A stretch of DNA of 63,457 bases, filler included, from Octopus bimaculoides (Eukaryota): assembly GCF_001194135.2 (NCBI RefSeq). It is 4 parts of 4 records of this genome, joined end to end, with 100 filler letters (N's around TTAATTAATTAA, not from the genome) between each part and the next. Parts side by side here need not be neighbours in the genome. Positions count along the whole stretch, not along the records: positions 27,476 to 57,127 come from NC_069000.1; 3 more parts are not named here. The stretch is one strand, 5' to 3'. Of the stretch, positions 41,653 through 52,613 are shown piece after piece. The first letter of the stretch is position 1; each line of letters starts with the position of its first letter. A model generated the notes under the pieces. That model made no database searches. It had not been told where the DNA came from and was given only the letters and a program-made list of their open reading frames with translations. The translations under genes were made by a program, and so were the position numbers.

Positions 41653-42951
41653 CTGTGCGTATGCATGTGTGTGAATTCAAAAGAGAGATCAACAATTTTT
41701 TTTGTAAATGTCCACTTCTTTTTAGCATTTGCCCTAGGCCTAAATGTATGTTATATCTTAAATATAAAAACATTCTCATGTCCCCCTTCACCACCACCAT
41801 CTCCCTCACAAGTAATATTAATTAATTAAGCAAAAAATTAAACAAATCCTGACACAAAAGGCTGTTTAAAGGCCAAAGAAATATTGAGAAAAAAAGACAA
41901 ACAATATTTTAAATAAAACCTAATAATTTCAGATGTGATGATCATGGATGGAATATCAAAACATATCGAAAAATATCCTGTGTATCCATTTCCATTATTA
42001 TGATGCAAAAATTAAACCCTGACAGAAAGGACCAATTTTTAAACACCATCAACAACGCAATGGTTCCACAAATATATTAAATTAGGAAAACTTTTAGAAA
42101 AGGTCTAAAGGCCCACAGAAAGCACCACAATGGTGCACTAGTTCACAGTCCCTGGTACATTGGTTAAACAGGTTTTACTGAGTAAATATCCACAAAATAC
42201 TAATAATATTAGTATTACTATGGCTCTCTATCATAGAGGAACCAGTAAGTTCTTTTCCTTATAATCCACTCATAATTCTTTTTATCTTTGCCCCTGGTTT
42301 ACATATATACTGTGTTTGTTATATCTTGGTGTATCGCACATCCCATATTCATCTCTGGCAATATGCTTTTTGAAGCAAAAATTAAGCAAAAAGATTATTT
42401 AAAAATCATTAAACTGTTCAGTAGCTTACAAATAAATTGAACGTGAACAATTTTTAGAAAAAAATAAATCTAAAGCCCTCAGTGGCCCTCTTGACGGCTG
42501 TGATCCACATATTACCAACCCCTGATTAATATGATTAAAAGGGAACATTAATATGTAGCTTCAGTTTTATTCCTCTTTTCTTTTTTTTTTCATAAACATC
42601 AAGGCCCTTGTTGGTCAACTCGTGGCTAGAAACCCATCAGTTGCTGAATCTTACTGTAGGACATCATTTGAAAGAGACTGGCAGCTATTTCTAAGGATTT
42701 GATTAGCCACATGAAGATTCCTTCTTTGGCTGAAGCTACTGGGACATATTATATTGAAACCTTGAGGGGGTTTACAAGTGGGGGGTAAAAATCAATGTAT
42801 CAGTCCTTTATGAGGATCACATCACCACAGTACTGTCACACCAACACGAAAACAACCATACCAACACAACCCTTGACCATTCAAAGAACTAAAATATAAT
42901 GGAATTGAAATAAGCTGTTGAGCAACATCCTTACCTATTCGTTGCCATCAT
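27538..42951 (-). CDS. Spliced gene: signal peptide + C-type lectin-like domain + 6 EGF-like repeats (10 coding exons found, >=381 aa, 3' end not found)
   Basis: Exons 42951-42935, 39731-39661, 36964-36788, 35103-34894, 33843-33733, 31823-31713, 31046-30936, 30110-30000, 28970-28860 and 27651-27538 have AG acceptors and GT donors (the acceptor of the 42.9 kb exon is at 42960) and join in one open frame: [36 protein letters not shown]...[21 protein letters not shown]...DCSV. Confidence 0.9.
28860..28970 (-). CDS. EGF-like repeat 5 exon
   Basis: 111 bp, phase 1-1, ttttcacag|...|gtgagt; [36 protein letters not shown]. Confidence 0.93.
30000..30110 (-). CDS. EGF-like repeat 4 exon
   Basis: 111 bp, phase 1-1, tttacag|...|gtaagt; [36 protein letters not shown]. 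Confidence 0.93.
30936..31046 (-). CDS. EGF-like repeat 3 exon
   Basis: 111 bp, phase 1-1, ttttctag|...|gtaagt; [36 protein letters not shown]. Confidence 0.93.
31713..31823 (-). CDS. EGF-like repeat 2 exon
   Basis: 111 bp, phase 1-1, tttcag|...|gtaagt; [36 protein letters not shown] (missed by the ORF track). Confidence 0.93.
32114..32252 (-). pseudogene. Degenerate EGF pseudo-exon in the intron between EGF1 and EGF2
   Basis: ttttgaag|AC then [26 protein letters not shown]. Cys falls at codons 3, 8 and 14 as in the live exons; codon 23 is TGA and codon 25 is TAT. An A-rich insertion follows, then TGC AAA ACA G|atgagt (broken donor). Confidence 0.75.
33733..33843 (-). CDS. EGF-like repeat 1 exon
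   Basis: 111 bp, phase 1-1, cag|...|gtaagt; [36 protein letters not shown]. Confidence 0.93.
34894..35103 (-). CDS. CTLD C-terminal half exon
   Basis: ttttcag|...|gtaagtc, 210 bp, phase 1-1. [69 protein letters not shown] carries the WIG motif and the terminal C-x8-IC motif. Confidence 0.9.
36080..36500 (-). mobile_element. SINE family A, near full-length intronic copy
   Basis: Reverse complement aligns by eye with 54943-55357. Confidence 0.85.
36788..36964 (-). CDS. CTLD N-terminal half exon
   Basis: tttgttttgcag|...|gtaagta, 177 bp, phase 1-1. [58 protein letters not shown] matches the CTLD pattern CP..CY..A...C...L..I.S..E...I. Confidence 0.9.
37040..37440 (+). mobile_element. Penelope-like element GIY-YIG endonuclease remnant
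   Basis: [26 protein letters not shown]...[19 protein letters not shown]...[11 protein letters not shown]....LSWSII, then CRLCIKE after a frameshift; this matches the cysteine-linker plus GIY-YIG pattern of PLEs. Confidence 0.85.
38180..38485. mobile_element. Dispersed repeat family D (catcatcatcgtttaacgtccgctttccatgctagcatgggttgg...), probably a LINE/SINE 3' end
   Basis: Homologous copies at about 30150-30360, 35390-35810 (reverse), 47570-47870, 54695-54915 (reverse) and 55790-56160; some carry internal ~60-bp tandem units. Confidence 0.75.
39661..39731 (-). CDS. Signal-peptide exon ([23 protein letters not shown])
   Basis: tatttccag| acceptor and |gtaagt donor, with a hydrophobic core followed by small residues (TSAG). 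The phase-1 end joins the CTLD exon to give KDCPP. The ATG at 39721 is an alternative start. Confidence 0.85.
39961..40173. mobile_element. piggyBac-like MITE
   Basis: TTAA at both ends with short inverted termini ttaaccttttcgttac ... gtaatgaaagggttaa. Confidence 0.65.
42935..42951 (-). CDS. Probable first coding exon (MMATN-R)
   Basis: Minus strand reads ccttgcttcag|GAAGTAAAC ATG ATG GCA ACG AAT AG|gtaagg. The ATG has an AAAC context. The phase-2 end joins in frame to the phase-2 start of exon 39731. Confidence 0.6.
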
Positions 42952-43744
42952 GTTTACTTCCTGAAGCAAGGACTGGCTATTGGTGGAACCCTTGATGGCT
43001 CTTTTATAGATAACCAGCCTCAAAAAGAATAACAATCGAAGTGTTGGAATCTTTCAAAACATGTCATTTGGAACAACAACAAGGTGACCACCACAACAAT
43101 AGTGTCGGTGTTGTTTACATTCCAACAAAAACACTCTGCAATTATTTAGAAAATATTTTGAACTTTACTTTGGAATATTACCATACAGCTAATTACCATC
43201 ATCTTCATCATCATCATCATCATCGCTGTGGCCATTGTCATCATCATCATCACCGTCATCATCACCATCATCGTTGTCATTGTCATCACCACCACCAGCT
43301 ATCATCAACAGCAGCAGCTGCAACATTGTAATCAATATTACCACCCACATTATCACCAATACCATTGCCATAATCATCCCCCACCACCACCACCACACTT
43401 ACAATCCTCATCACCACCATCACAACCATCATCATTACCTTTACCTGTCACCACCACCACCACCACCACCACCACCACCACCACTACCACCATCACCATT
43501 AAGGTCATCCCCATTGTTGTTGTCATTGTTGCTATTAACCATTCCCTCTTTCTGTAAGAATTAATGGAACTGACCAAGAATCTTTTGTTTCTTTCTCTTC
43601 GATCTTTCAGGAATCTCACTGAAATCAAAATATTCAAACTTATTTACTGCTGCCCTCTTATCATTACAGACACCCCTGCTGTAATCATCGTCACCCTACA
43701 ACAGTACTCTTCTACAACAGTACTCTTCTATAACCAATTCTGTT

Positions 43745-44250
43745 TTACTACAGTCACTGCTCTTCTTCTATGTCTCGTGCCACCCTTCTATAGTCACTGC
43801 TACCCTTCTATAGTCACTGCTACCCTTCTATGTCAAGTGTCACCATTCTATAGTCACTGCTACCATTCTATGGCCAATGTCATACTTCTATAGTCACTTG
43901 CACCCTTCTATGACCAGTGTCACCCTTCTATAGTCACTGCTACCCTTCAGTGGCCAGTGCCACCTTTTTATCATCACTGCTATCCTTCTATGGCCAGTAT
44001 CACCCTTCTATAGCCAGTGACCCCTTTCTATACTAAGTCCTCTCTTTCTATAGCTAGCATTACCCTTCTGTGACTAATGCCACCCTTTCATGGCTAATTT
44101 CACCCTTCTATAGCCAGTGCCACCTTTCTGTGCCCAGTGTCACCCTTCTATGGCCAGTACCACTCTTATGTGGCCAATTCCACCCTTCTATAGCCAGTGC
44201 CCCATTTCTATACTGAGTGCTTGCCCTTCTATATTGAGTACCATCCTAAT
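43745..44250. repeat. 20-bp minisatellite (~25 units)
   Basis: Units of the form ttctatagtcactgctaccc and ttctatggccagtgtcaccc. Confidence 0.9.
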
Positions 44251-45370
44251 ATAGTCATATGTGCTAATACCATGTCTTGGAGTAAAATTTGAGTATTGAG
44301 TGAAAATTGGACAGAATGAATGGATTAGAGATATTGGTTTGAGAGATTTGGGATTCAGGAAGGAATAAGATCAGTGGCTTAAGGATTAGTAAGATGTGAT
44401 GTGTATGGTGTAGACTAGATTAGAATGGGAATTCGGTATCAAGGGAAGGAAGAAGAATCCTTCATGGGTTTGGTCTTAAATTTTGGCATCAAGTGTGGAA
44501 TGTATCAGTCCTGCAGTTCTCAGACTCATAAATGCTAGCCTCTTCCAGTAAAGTATTAGTAAAACGTTTTGGGTTCCTCTTTTATTATTGTGACCACAAA
44601 CGAATGTTTGCCTCCATATATATAAATCCTTTATACTATAGGGACAAAGCCTAAAATTTTGAGGGAAGGGGCTAGTTGATTCTATCAACTCCAGTGCTCA
44701 ACTGGTACTTATTTTAATCGGACCCTGAAAAGAAGAAAGACAAAGTTAACTTTGGCAGAATTTGAACCATCAATGTAAAGCCAGAAAAATTACCATGATG
44801 AATTTTGTCCAGGGTGTTAATGAGTCTGCCAGCTTGTAGCTTTTTACATCGATATAATGATAATAATAAAAGATGGGGTAGCTGGCAGAGTCGTTAGCAC
44901 ACCGGATGAAATGCTTATTAGTATTTCGTCTGTCTTTACGTTCTGAGTTCAAATTCTGCTGAGGTCGACTTTGCCTTTCCTTCTTTCAGGGTCGATAAAT
45001 TAAGTACCAGTTGTGTACTGGGATCAATCTAATCGACTGGCCCACTGAAACAAGTAAATGAATTATATAATGACGAGAAAGGAGGAAAAATCTATTTTGG
45101 GCCCAGTTGGTCTTCCTCTCTCTCTCTCTCTCTCTGTTGAAACTGGTTTTCTTCATTTGTTTTTTTTCTTTCTGCTTTCTTTTTATTCTTTGGTGGTGGA
45201 CATCTAACATTGGCATCCAGATTTATACCAATTTGTTGTAAACTTTGTTTTATATTCTTTATTTTATAAAATACACAAAAACACGTAATCGCTTACAAAA
45301 TATCTGATTATAAACCATATATACTGTCGAAATATGAAATATATAGAGAAATAATAAAAAATATATCATC

Positions 45371-45401
<31 letters not shown>

Positions 45402-45447
45402 AGTGTGTATCTCTTTCTCCTTCTCTGTGTGTGTGTGTGCGTGTGTG

Positions 45448-45481
<34 letters not shown>

Positions 45482-46736
45482 TACACAGATATACACACAC
45501 GCATTCTGAAATAAACATACACTTCATTTTGAAGGCTGCAAGGAAACTATAAGATGATGTGCAAGCACTCAACTCTGAGTTTACTACTTCTTGTAGCAGA
45601 AACAACTGTAAGCAACTGAAGTTGATTATGTAATCCTGTCTCCCTTATCATTTTATTTGAGCTCATATTACAATTTGTACACATTTAACCCTTTATTCTG
45701 TTTCAGAGGTTTAACACCAGATTATTAGAATTGCTATCCCTAGACAAAATCACACATACATACATATATATATGTGTGTATATATGTATTATATACATAC
45801 ATGCATTATATGCCTATATGTATGTATGAGAAGCTGCCAATAGTCTCTGTCTAATAAATTCTCTTTGGTTGGTTGACCTGGGGCTATAGTAGAAGAGATA
45901 CTTGACCAAGGTGCAGTGTAGTGGAACGAATCCTAAAACCACAGGGTTAAAATGTGAACTTCTTAATCACATAACTGTGCTGGTACCTAATAATTGGTTT
46001 TTGATTTTAAACCCTTTTTGTTTTTATTCATATTTAATCATCACGTAACGGTCATCTCATCTACTTCCACTAACGAGCTGTTGGGGGCAAATAGATAAAA
46101 TTCTAATGGTATTTTATGGCATCGGTTCCAATGACCTTCTTCTGCCAAACACAACAGCAATATGGAACAAACTATGACAATAACAATTTTAGAAATATTT
46201 TATTCAATATTTATATTTCCAGTTTGAAGAAATGTCAAAAAATTAGAATAACAAAAGAGGAGATGACATGTTTTAGAGGAACACAGATTTCAAAATAAAT
46301 GTCAAAATTTCAAAAATGTCTGAAAACTGTTTTCTTTTCTTTTGTTATTTTTTTCAAATTCCTCTAAAATCGTTTTAACACAATCAACTGTATCCCCGAC
46401 TGCAACCATAACCACCACATTCACAATAACCACCACACCACTACCTAAACCAAAGGCACAATTGGAAACACTGCTCTTAAAAGAAACAAATTAAACAAGT
46501 CTCTGTGTAATACTTAACGTATATACACAGTTGATAGGCCATTTACTGCAGTATATGTCCCGAGATAACATCTCTTAATGACTTGCATTAAAGACACAAA
46601 GGGAACCAAAAATTCATCTCATCAGTGCCAGATGTATTTCAGGCCTTTTGGATTGTTCCAATGGTGCATACTTGCAGCTAACCACCACACACTCAGATGA
46701 GAATGTTTTCTGATTAAAACAAATCATTATCTCAAT

Positions 46737-47020
46737 CAGTGGTTCTCAACCATTTTTTTAATTTATGGATCCCTTTAATTCTCAGGTAGACCCTCATAAC
46801 CATTTGATGTTTAAAAAATCCCATTGTATTTTTATGATTAAATATTAAGGATTATATAAAAAATTTGTTCCAATATTTTGTACATAGAAGCAGCTTATTG
46901 CACATAAATTTTAACAACAAAATCTTGCATGTACCTCCCCTCCCCCCACCAGGTCATATGAACTTCCAAGGATCATGTGGAGCCCCCAAAATCATATGAA
47001 CCCTAAGATGAGAACCACTG
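46737..47020. mobile_element. hAT (Charlie-type) MITE
   Basis: TIRs cagtggttctcaac ... gatgagaaccactg (13 of 14 positions match). Confidence 0.7.
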
Positions 47021-49421
47021 TGCTAGATTAAAGGTCTAAGGCTTAATATATAATTCAGCCTCTTAGTAATGATTTTAAATTTTGTCACAAGGCCAGCAAT
47101 TTCGGAGGGAGGGGCTAAGTTAATTCCATCGACCCTAGTGCTCAAGTGGTACTTATTTTAAAAAACCCTAGAAGGATGAAAGGTAAAGGGGATCCTGGTC
47201 AGCTTTTTGAACTCAGAATGTTAAGTGAGAAGAAATGTCACTAAGCCTTTGTCTGTGATGCAGGGAACCATTTTACCAGCTCCCTACCCTTTTCAGTCAC
47301 CAGGTAAAAATAATATTGTTATGATCCTCATCAATAGATAAAAGCATATAGGAATATTTTTCTAAGAATTCCAGACATTTAAATGAACAGATGAAACCAG
47401 GGTCAACCATCTAAAGACAACCATTCCACAGCTACATGAAAAGACCAAGAATTCGAACACAACATCTGATGGTCTGGTCGATACTGTAATACTGTGAATT
47501 ATTATATTTGATGGCATAGAAGTTTGCACAGACATATTAGGTGCATCCTAAATGCAATAAAGCATCATCATCATCTTGTTTAACATCTGTCTTCCATACT
47601 GGCATGGGTGGAATGGTTTCACAAGAGCCAGCCAGGCAGAAGACTTCTGTGACTGTTTTGGCATGATTTTTACAGCCAGATGCCCTTCCTAACACCAACC
47701 GCTCAGCAGAATGGATTTAGTGATTTTTACGGGGCACAAGCACAGGCAAGGTCAGTTTTGGCAAGTTTTTAACAGCTGGACGCCCGCCCAAAAACCAACC
47801 ACTTTACAGTGTGGACTGGGTGCTTTTAAGTGGCACCTACACTGACAGGGTCACCAAGTACTTGCAAGACAAAAAAAATAAATGTATATTCAAGAAAAAA
47901 TGGTTTCAGTACATTAAAGCCTGTAACAGAGACCTAATTTGGCATAGAGGACCGAGGTGAGATTTTTGAAACATTTTTGGAGGAAAAAAAGAGCATCATA
48001 TGTACCAAATATGGTACTAAATCTGGGAATAAAACTTTTGAAAAAGTAACTGGTTGTGATTTCTTTAAAANNNNNNNNNNNNNNNNNNNNNNNNNNNNNN
48101 NNNNNNNNNNNNNNNNNNNNNNNNNNNNNNNNNNNNNNNNNNNNNNNNNNNNNNNNNNNNNNNNNNNNNNNNNNNNNNNNNNNNNNNNNNNNNNNNNNNN
48201 NNNNNNNNNNNNNNNNNNNNNNNNNNNNNNNNNNNNNNNNNNNNNNNNNNNNNNNNNNNNNNNNNNNNNNNNNNNNNNNNNNNNNNNNNNNNNNNNNNNN
48301 NNNNNNNNNNNNNNNNNNNNNNNNNNNNNNNNNNNNNNNNNNNNNNNNNNNNNNNNNNNNNNNNNNNNNNNNNNNNNNNNNNNNNNNNNNNNNNNNNNNN
48401 NNNNNNNNNNNNNNNNNNNNNNNNNNNNNNNNNNNNNNNNNNNNNNNNNNNNNNNNNNNNNNNNNNNNNNNNNNNNNNNNNNNNNNNNNNNNNNNNNNNN
48501 NNNNNNNNNNNNNNNNNNNNNNNNNNNNNNNNNNNNNNNNNNNNNNNNNNNNNNNNNNNNNNNNNNNNNNNNNNNNNNNNNNNNNNNNNNNNNNNNNNNN
48601 NNNNNNNNNNNNNNNNNNNNNNNNNNNNNNNNNNNNNNNNNNNNNNNNNNNNNNNNNNNNNNNNNNNNNNNNNNNNNNNNNNNNNNNNNNNNNNNNNNNN
48701 NNNNNNNNNNNNNNNNNNNNNNNNNNNNNNNNNNNNNNNNNNNNNNNNNNNNNNNNNNNNNNNNNNNNNNNNNNNNNNNNNNNNNNNNNNNNGTGTGTGT
48801 GTGTGTGTGTGTGTGCGTGTGCGTGTTTGTCTGTCTGTCTGCCTGTATGTATGTATGTATGTATGTATGTATGTATGTATCTATCTATGTATGCATATAT
48901 GTGTGTATATATATGTGTGTGTATGTATGTACGTATGTATGTACGTACGTGTGTGTATATTTATATATGTATGTATGCATGTATGTATGCATGCATGCAT
49001 GTATGTATGCATGCATGCATATGTGTATTTATATATACGCATGTGTATATATGTGTATGCATATGTATGTATGTATATATATGTGTATGCATATGTATGT
49101 ATGTATATATATGTGTATGCATCTGTGTGTGTGTGTGTTGTATGGAGAAGAGATTACAAAATTCCTGTTTTTGTTACTTTTCTTCCACCTCTTCCTTTTC
49201 CTCCTTCCTCCTCCCCCTCCTCGTCCACTTCAGGTGATTGACCGATATTTCTATCGAGTTGGTCTTGTGCAGTCCTCATGTCACATATCCTTTCAGCAAA
49301 GCCAAATATGCGTGTTTATATATTCATACAAACATATACATATATATACACATATATACATACATACATACACACACACATATAGAGAAAGAGAGAGAGA
49401 GCGAACACCATAGGAAAAATA

Positions 49422-49542
<121 letters not shown>

Positions 49543-49584
49543 TTGCAAGATCCTTGATGTGAAATCGTGTGTTGAAACAGATAA

Positions 49585-49731
49585 TGTTGTATTTGGGGAT
49601 GGTCATGTTGCCAGTTTAGCCAATAAATATGATTAATGTAATACAAAGCTGAAGCAAATTAACACCAAATATATAGAGTGTGTGTGTTTTCATTGGCTAA
49701 ACTGGCAACATGACCATCCCCAAATACAACA
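49585..49731. repeat. Perfect 40-bp inverted repeat with a 67-nt spacer
   Basis: tgttgtatttggggatggtcatgttgccagtttagccaat (49585-49624) and its exact reverse complement (49692-49731). Confidence 0.9.
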
Positions 49732-50405
49732 AAATATATATATATAGATATATATATATATAATGGAAAAATTATACAAAAATGTATAAATAGGTGATGA
49801 GTAAAGCACCAACACAGTTTAGATTACCTGTTGTTATCAGTAGATTTACTTCGGGAATTTCACATTGGTGGTTGGGGTAATAGTATTAACAGACAGAAAT
49901 TATTTTCCTCCTCCAGGAAACTTCCAGAGCATTCAAGAAAATCCATTTGCTGTGTGTTCTTTGTGCCTATTGTCCCTGCACATTGGCCACACAAAAAACT
50001 GTTTTCTCTTTTAACTTTCATTTGATACTGGTGCAGTGTATGTATGTATGTATGTCCATGTATATGTCTTCGCATGAACACAAATTTTCGTCTAAGTACT
50101 GTGTTCCTTTCACCTTCTATGTTCTTCTTTCTCTTAACAGTTACAACAGCAAAAGCTGATCACATTATTTTATCTAAAGTGGAATGTGTATTTTCCACAC
50201 TCATATTTCAATTTTTTGCATTTTAATAACTTTTCTTTGCTTTTATTCATTCTCAAATTTGATGGACATACAGCAGCAAACCAACACAAGAAATCTCTAG
50301 TGAGATTGTTTCATCGATGTACCTGAAGAGACCCAGAACAATGGGTCAAAACATGTATTGCACTTCATAAAAGTTTAATACACATTCCATGTCCTACTTT
50401 ATTAC

Positions 50406-50615
<210 letters not shown>

Positions 50616-51172
50616 TATGTGGAGGTGCATGGCTTAGTGGTTAGGGTGTCTGCATCATGATCGTAAGATTGTGGTTTCGATTCCTGGACCGGGCGACGTG
50701 TTGTGTTCTTGAGCAAAACACTTCATTTCACGTTGCTCCAGTCCACTCAGCTGGCAAAAATGAGTAACGCTGCGATGAACTGGCACCCCATCCAGCTGGG
50801 GAACACATACACCATTGAAACTGGGAAACCAAGCCCATGAGCCTAGCTAGGCTTTGAAAGGGCGCATTTATTTTTTTATTTATATATACATATACAAACA
50901 AGGGGAAGTTAAAAATTATCTGCATTTTCACCATAACATATCTTTATTATTGTCAGACTGTCTTCTGCACATGCATGCTTATAGTTGGTACTATTGTGGT
51001 CATGTGATTAAAGTTTCAGCCTGATCACGCCATTTTTCTTTCTGGTTTTACAGTGTAAGCAACGGCCATATCATGTACTCGGAATGTAGTGACGAGCGAA
51101 ATACCGCTAAGCATTACGTCCAGCGTGCTAATGATTCTGCCAGCTCACCGCCTTAATGATAATGAAAATATT

Positions 51173-51207
<35 letters not shown>

Positions 51208-52294
51208 TGATAATAAAAATGATAATAATGAATTATGTGATAACCTTCTAAACGTGCACCTGTCTTTGGAATCTAACAATATAAAGATTCTTTCTAATAG
51301 AACTAAAGTATAAAGGCTATTTACCTTTGTCTATGTTAAATATACAAATTGTGTATATAGAGACCAGTGGTTGTATTATGTATATAGGGCTAAGAAGAAG
51401 GAAGATAACAAAACAAAAAAACAACAACAATAATAAGATAATGAATGACTGAATGTATGAATAGCTGTTATGTTGTGTAGGGCGTGGGTGGAACTAAAAA
51501 GGGAAGGAATTAGAGTGAAATATACTCTCTTTCTCTCTCTCTCTTCCTTTCTTTCTCATACACATACTCATACATACACACACAAGCATACATATGTAAG
51601 TATGAATGTATGTGTGTGTGTGTGTATGTGTTAGGCCGGTATAATCCACACATCCAAACAATATTTTTTTCTACTCAAGGCACAACAAGACCCAAATTTT
51701 TAGGGGAAGGGAGGCAGTTAGATCGACCCCAGTACACAACTGGTACTTAATTTATCGACCCTGAAAGGATGAAAGGTAAAGTCGACCTCAGCAGATTTTC
51801 AACTCAGAACATAAAGTCATATGAAATGACGCTAAGCATTTCATCCAGCGTGCTAACGTCCCTGCCAGCTCACCACCCTAACACCCAAACAATATCAATT
51901 GAATATTGAATATCAAAACGTCGTGCAAGAGTGCTTGCACCTGATATTCCTGTTCTGTGTGCAGAGAAAGCAACCCAGCTTAGGGAAGATATCTGCTCTT
52001 GGTTGTTCAGCCACATACTTTTTATAAAGGTACTTAATATAGTATTTCCAGAGTGCAGATTCCATAGTAGGTGAAGAGAATATGTTAAGGCAGGGGTTGT
52101 ATCCTTTACGTCTGAAGTCAGTGCCGTAATCTGACAAGAATGGTTTCTTTCAAATGAAGTAATGCTTTCAATAAGCAGTTAAAGGAGTCGCTTGAAACGG
52201 CTGTAATGAATTAATACCTGTACATCATCATTACTGATTTACACACACACACACACACATGTATGTACACATGTTTGTATGTATGTATGGTGAA

Positions 52295-52613
52295 GGCGCG
52301 TGACTTAGTGGTTAGGGGTATTCGGCTCACGATCGCAAGGTCGTGAGTTCAATTCCCGGCGATGCGTTGTGTCCTTGAGCAAGACACCTTATTTCACGCT
52401 GCTCCAGTCCACTCAGCTGGCAAAAATGAAAAGTACCTGCTTTTCAAAGGGCCAGCCTTGTCACATTCTGTGTCACGCTGAATCTCCCTGAGAACTACGT
52501 TAGTGGTATACGTGTCTGTGGAGTACTCAGCCACTTACACGTTAATTTCACAAGCAGGCTGTTCCGTTGATCGGATCAACTGGAACCCTCGTCGTCGTAA
52601 CCAACGGAGTGCT
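52295..52613 (+). mobile_element. tRNA-derived SINE family C, long copy
   Basis: Head ggcgcgtgacttagtggttagg...gagttcaattcccgg; related copies at about 24220-24400(+), 50620-50870(+) and 34560-34790(-). Confidence 0.8.
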
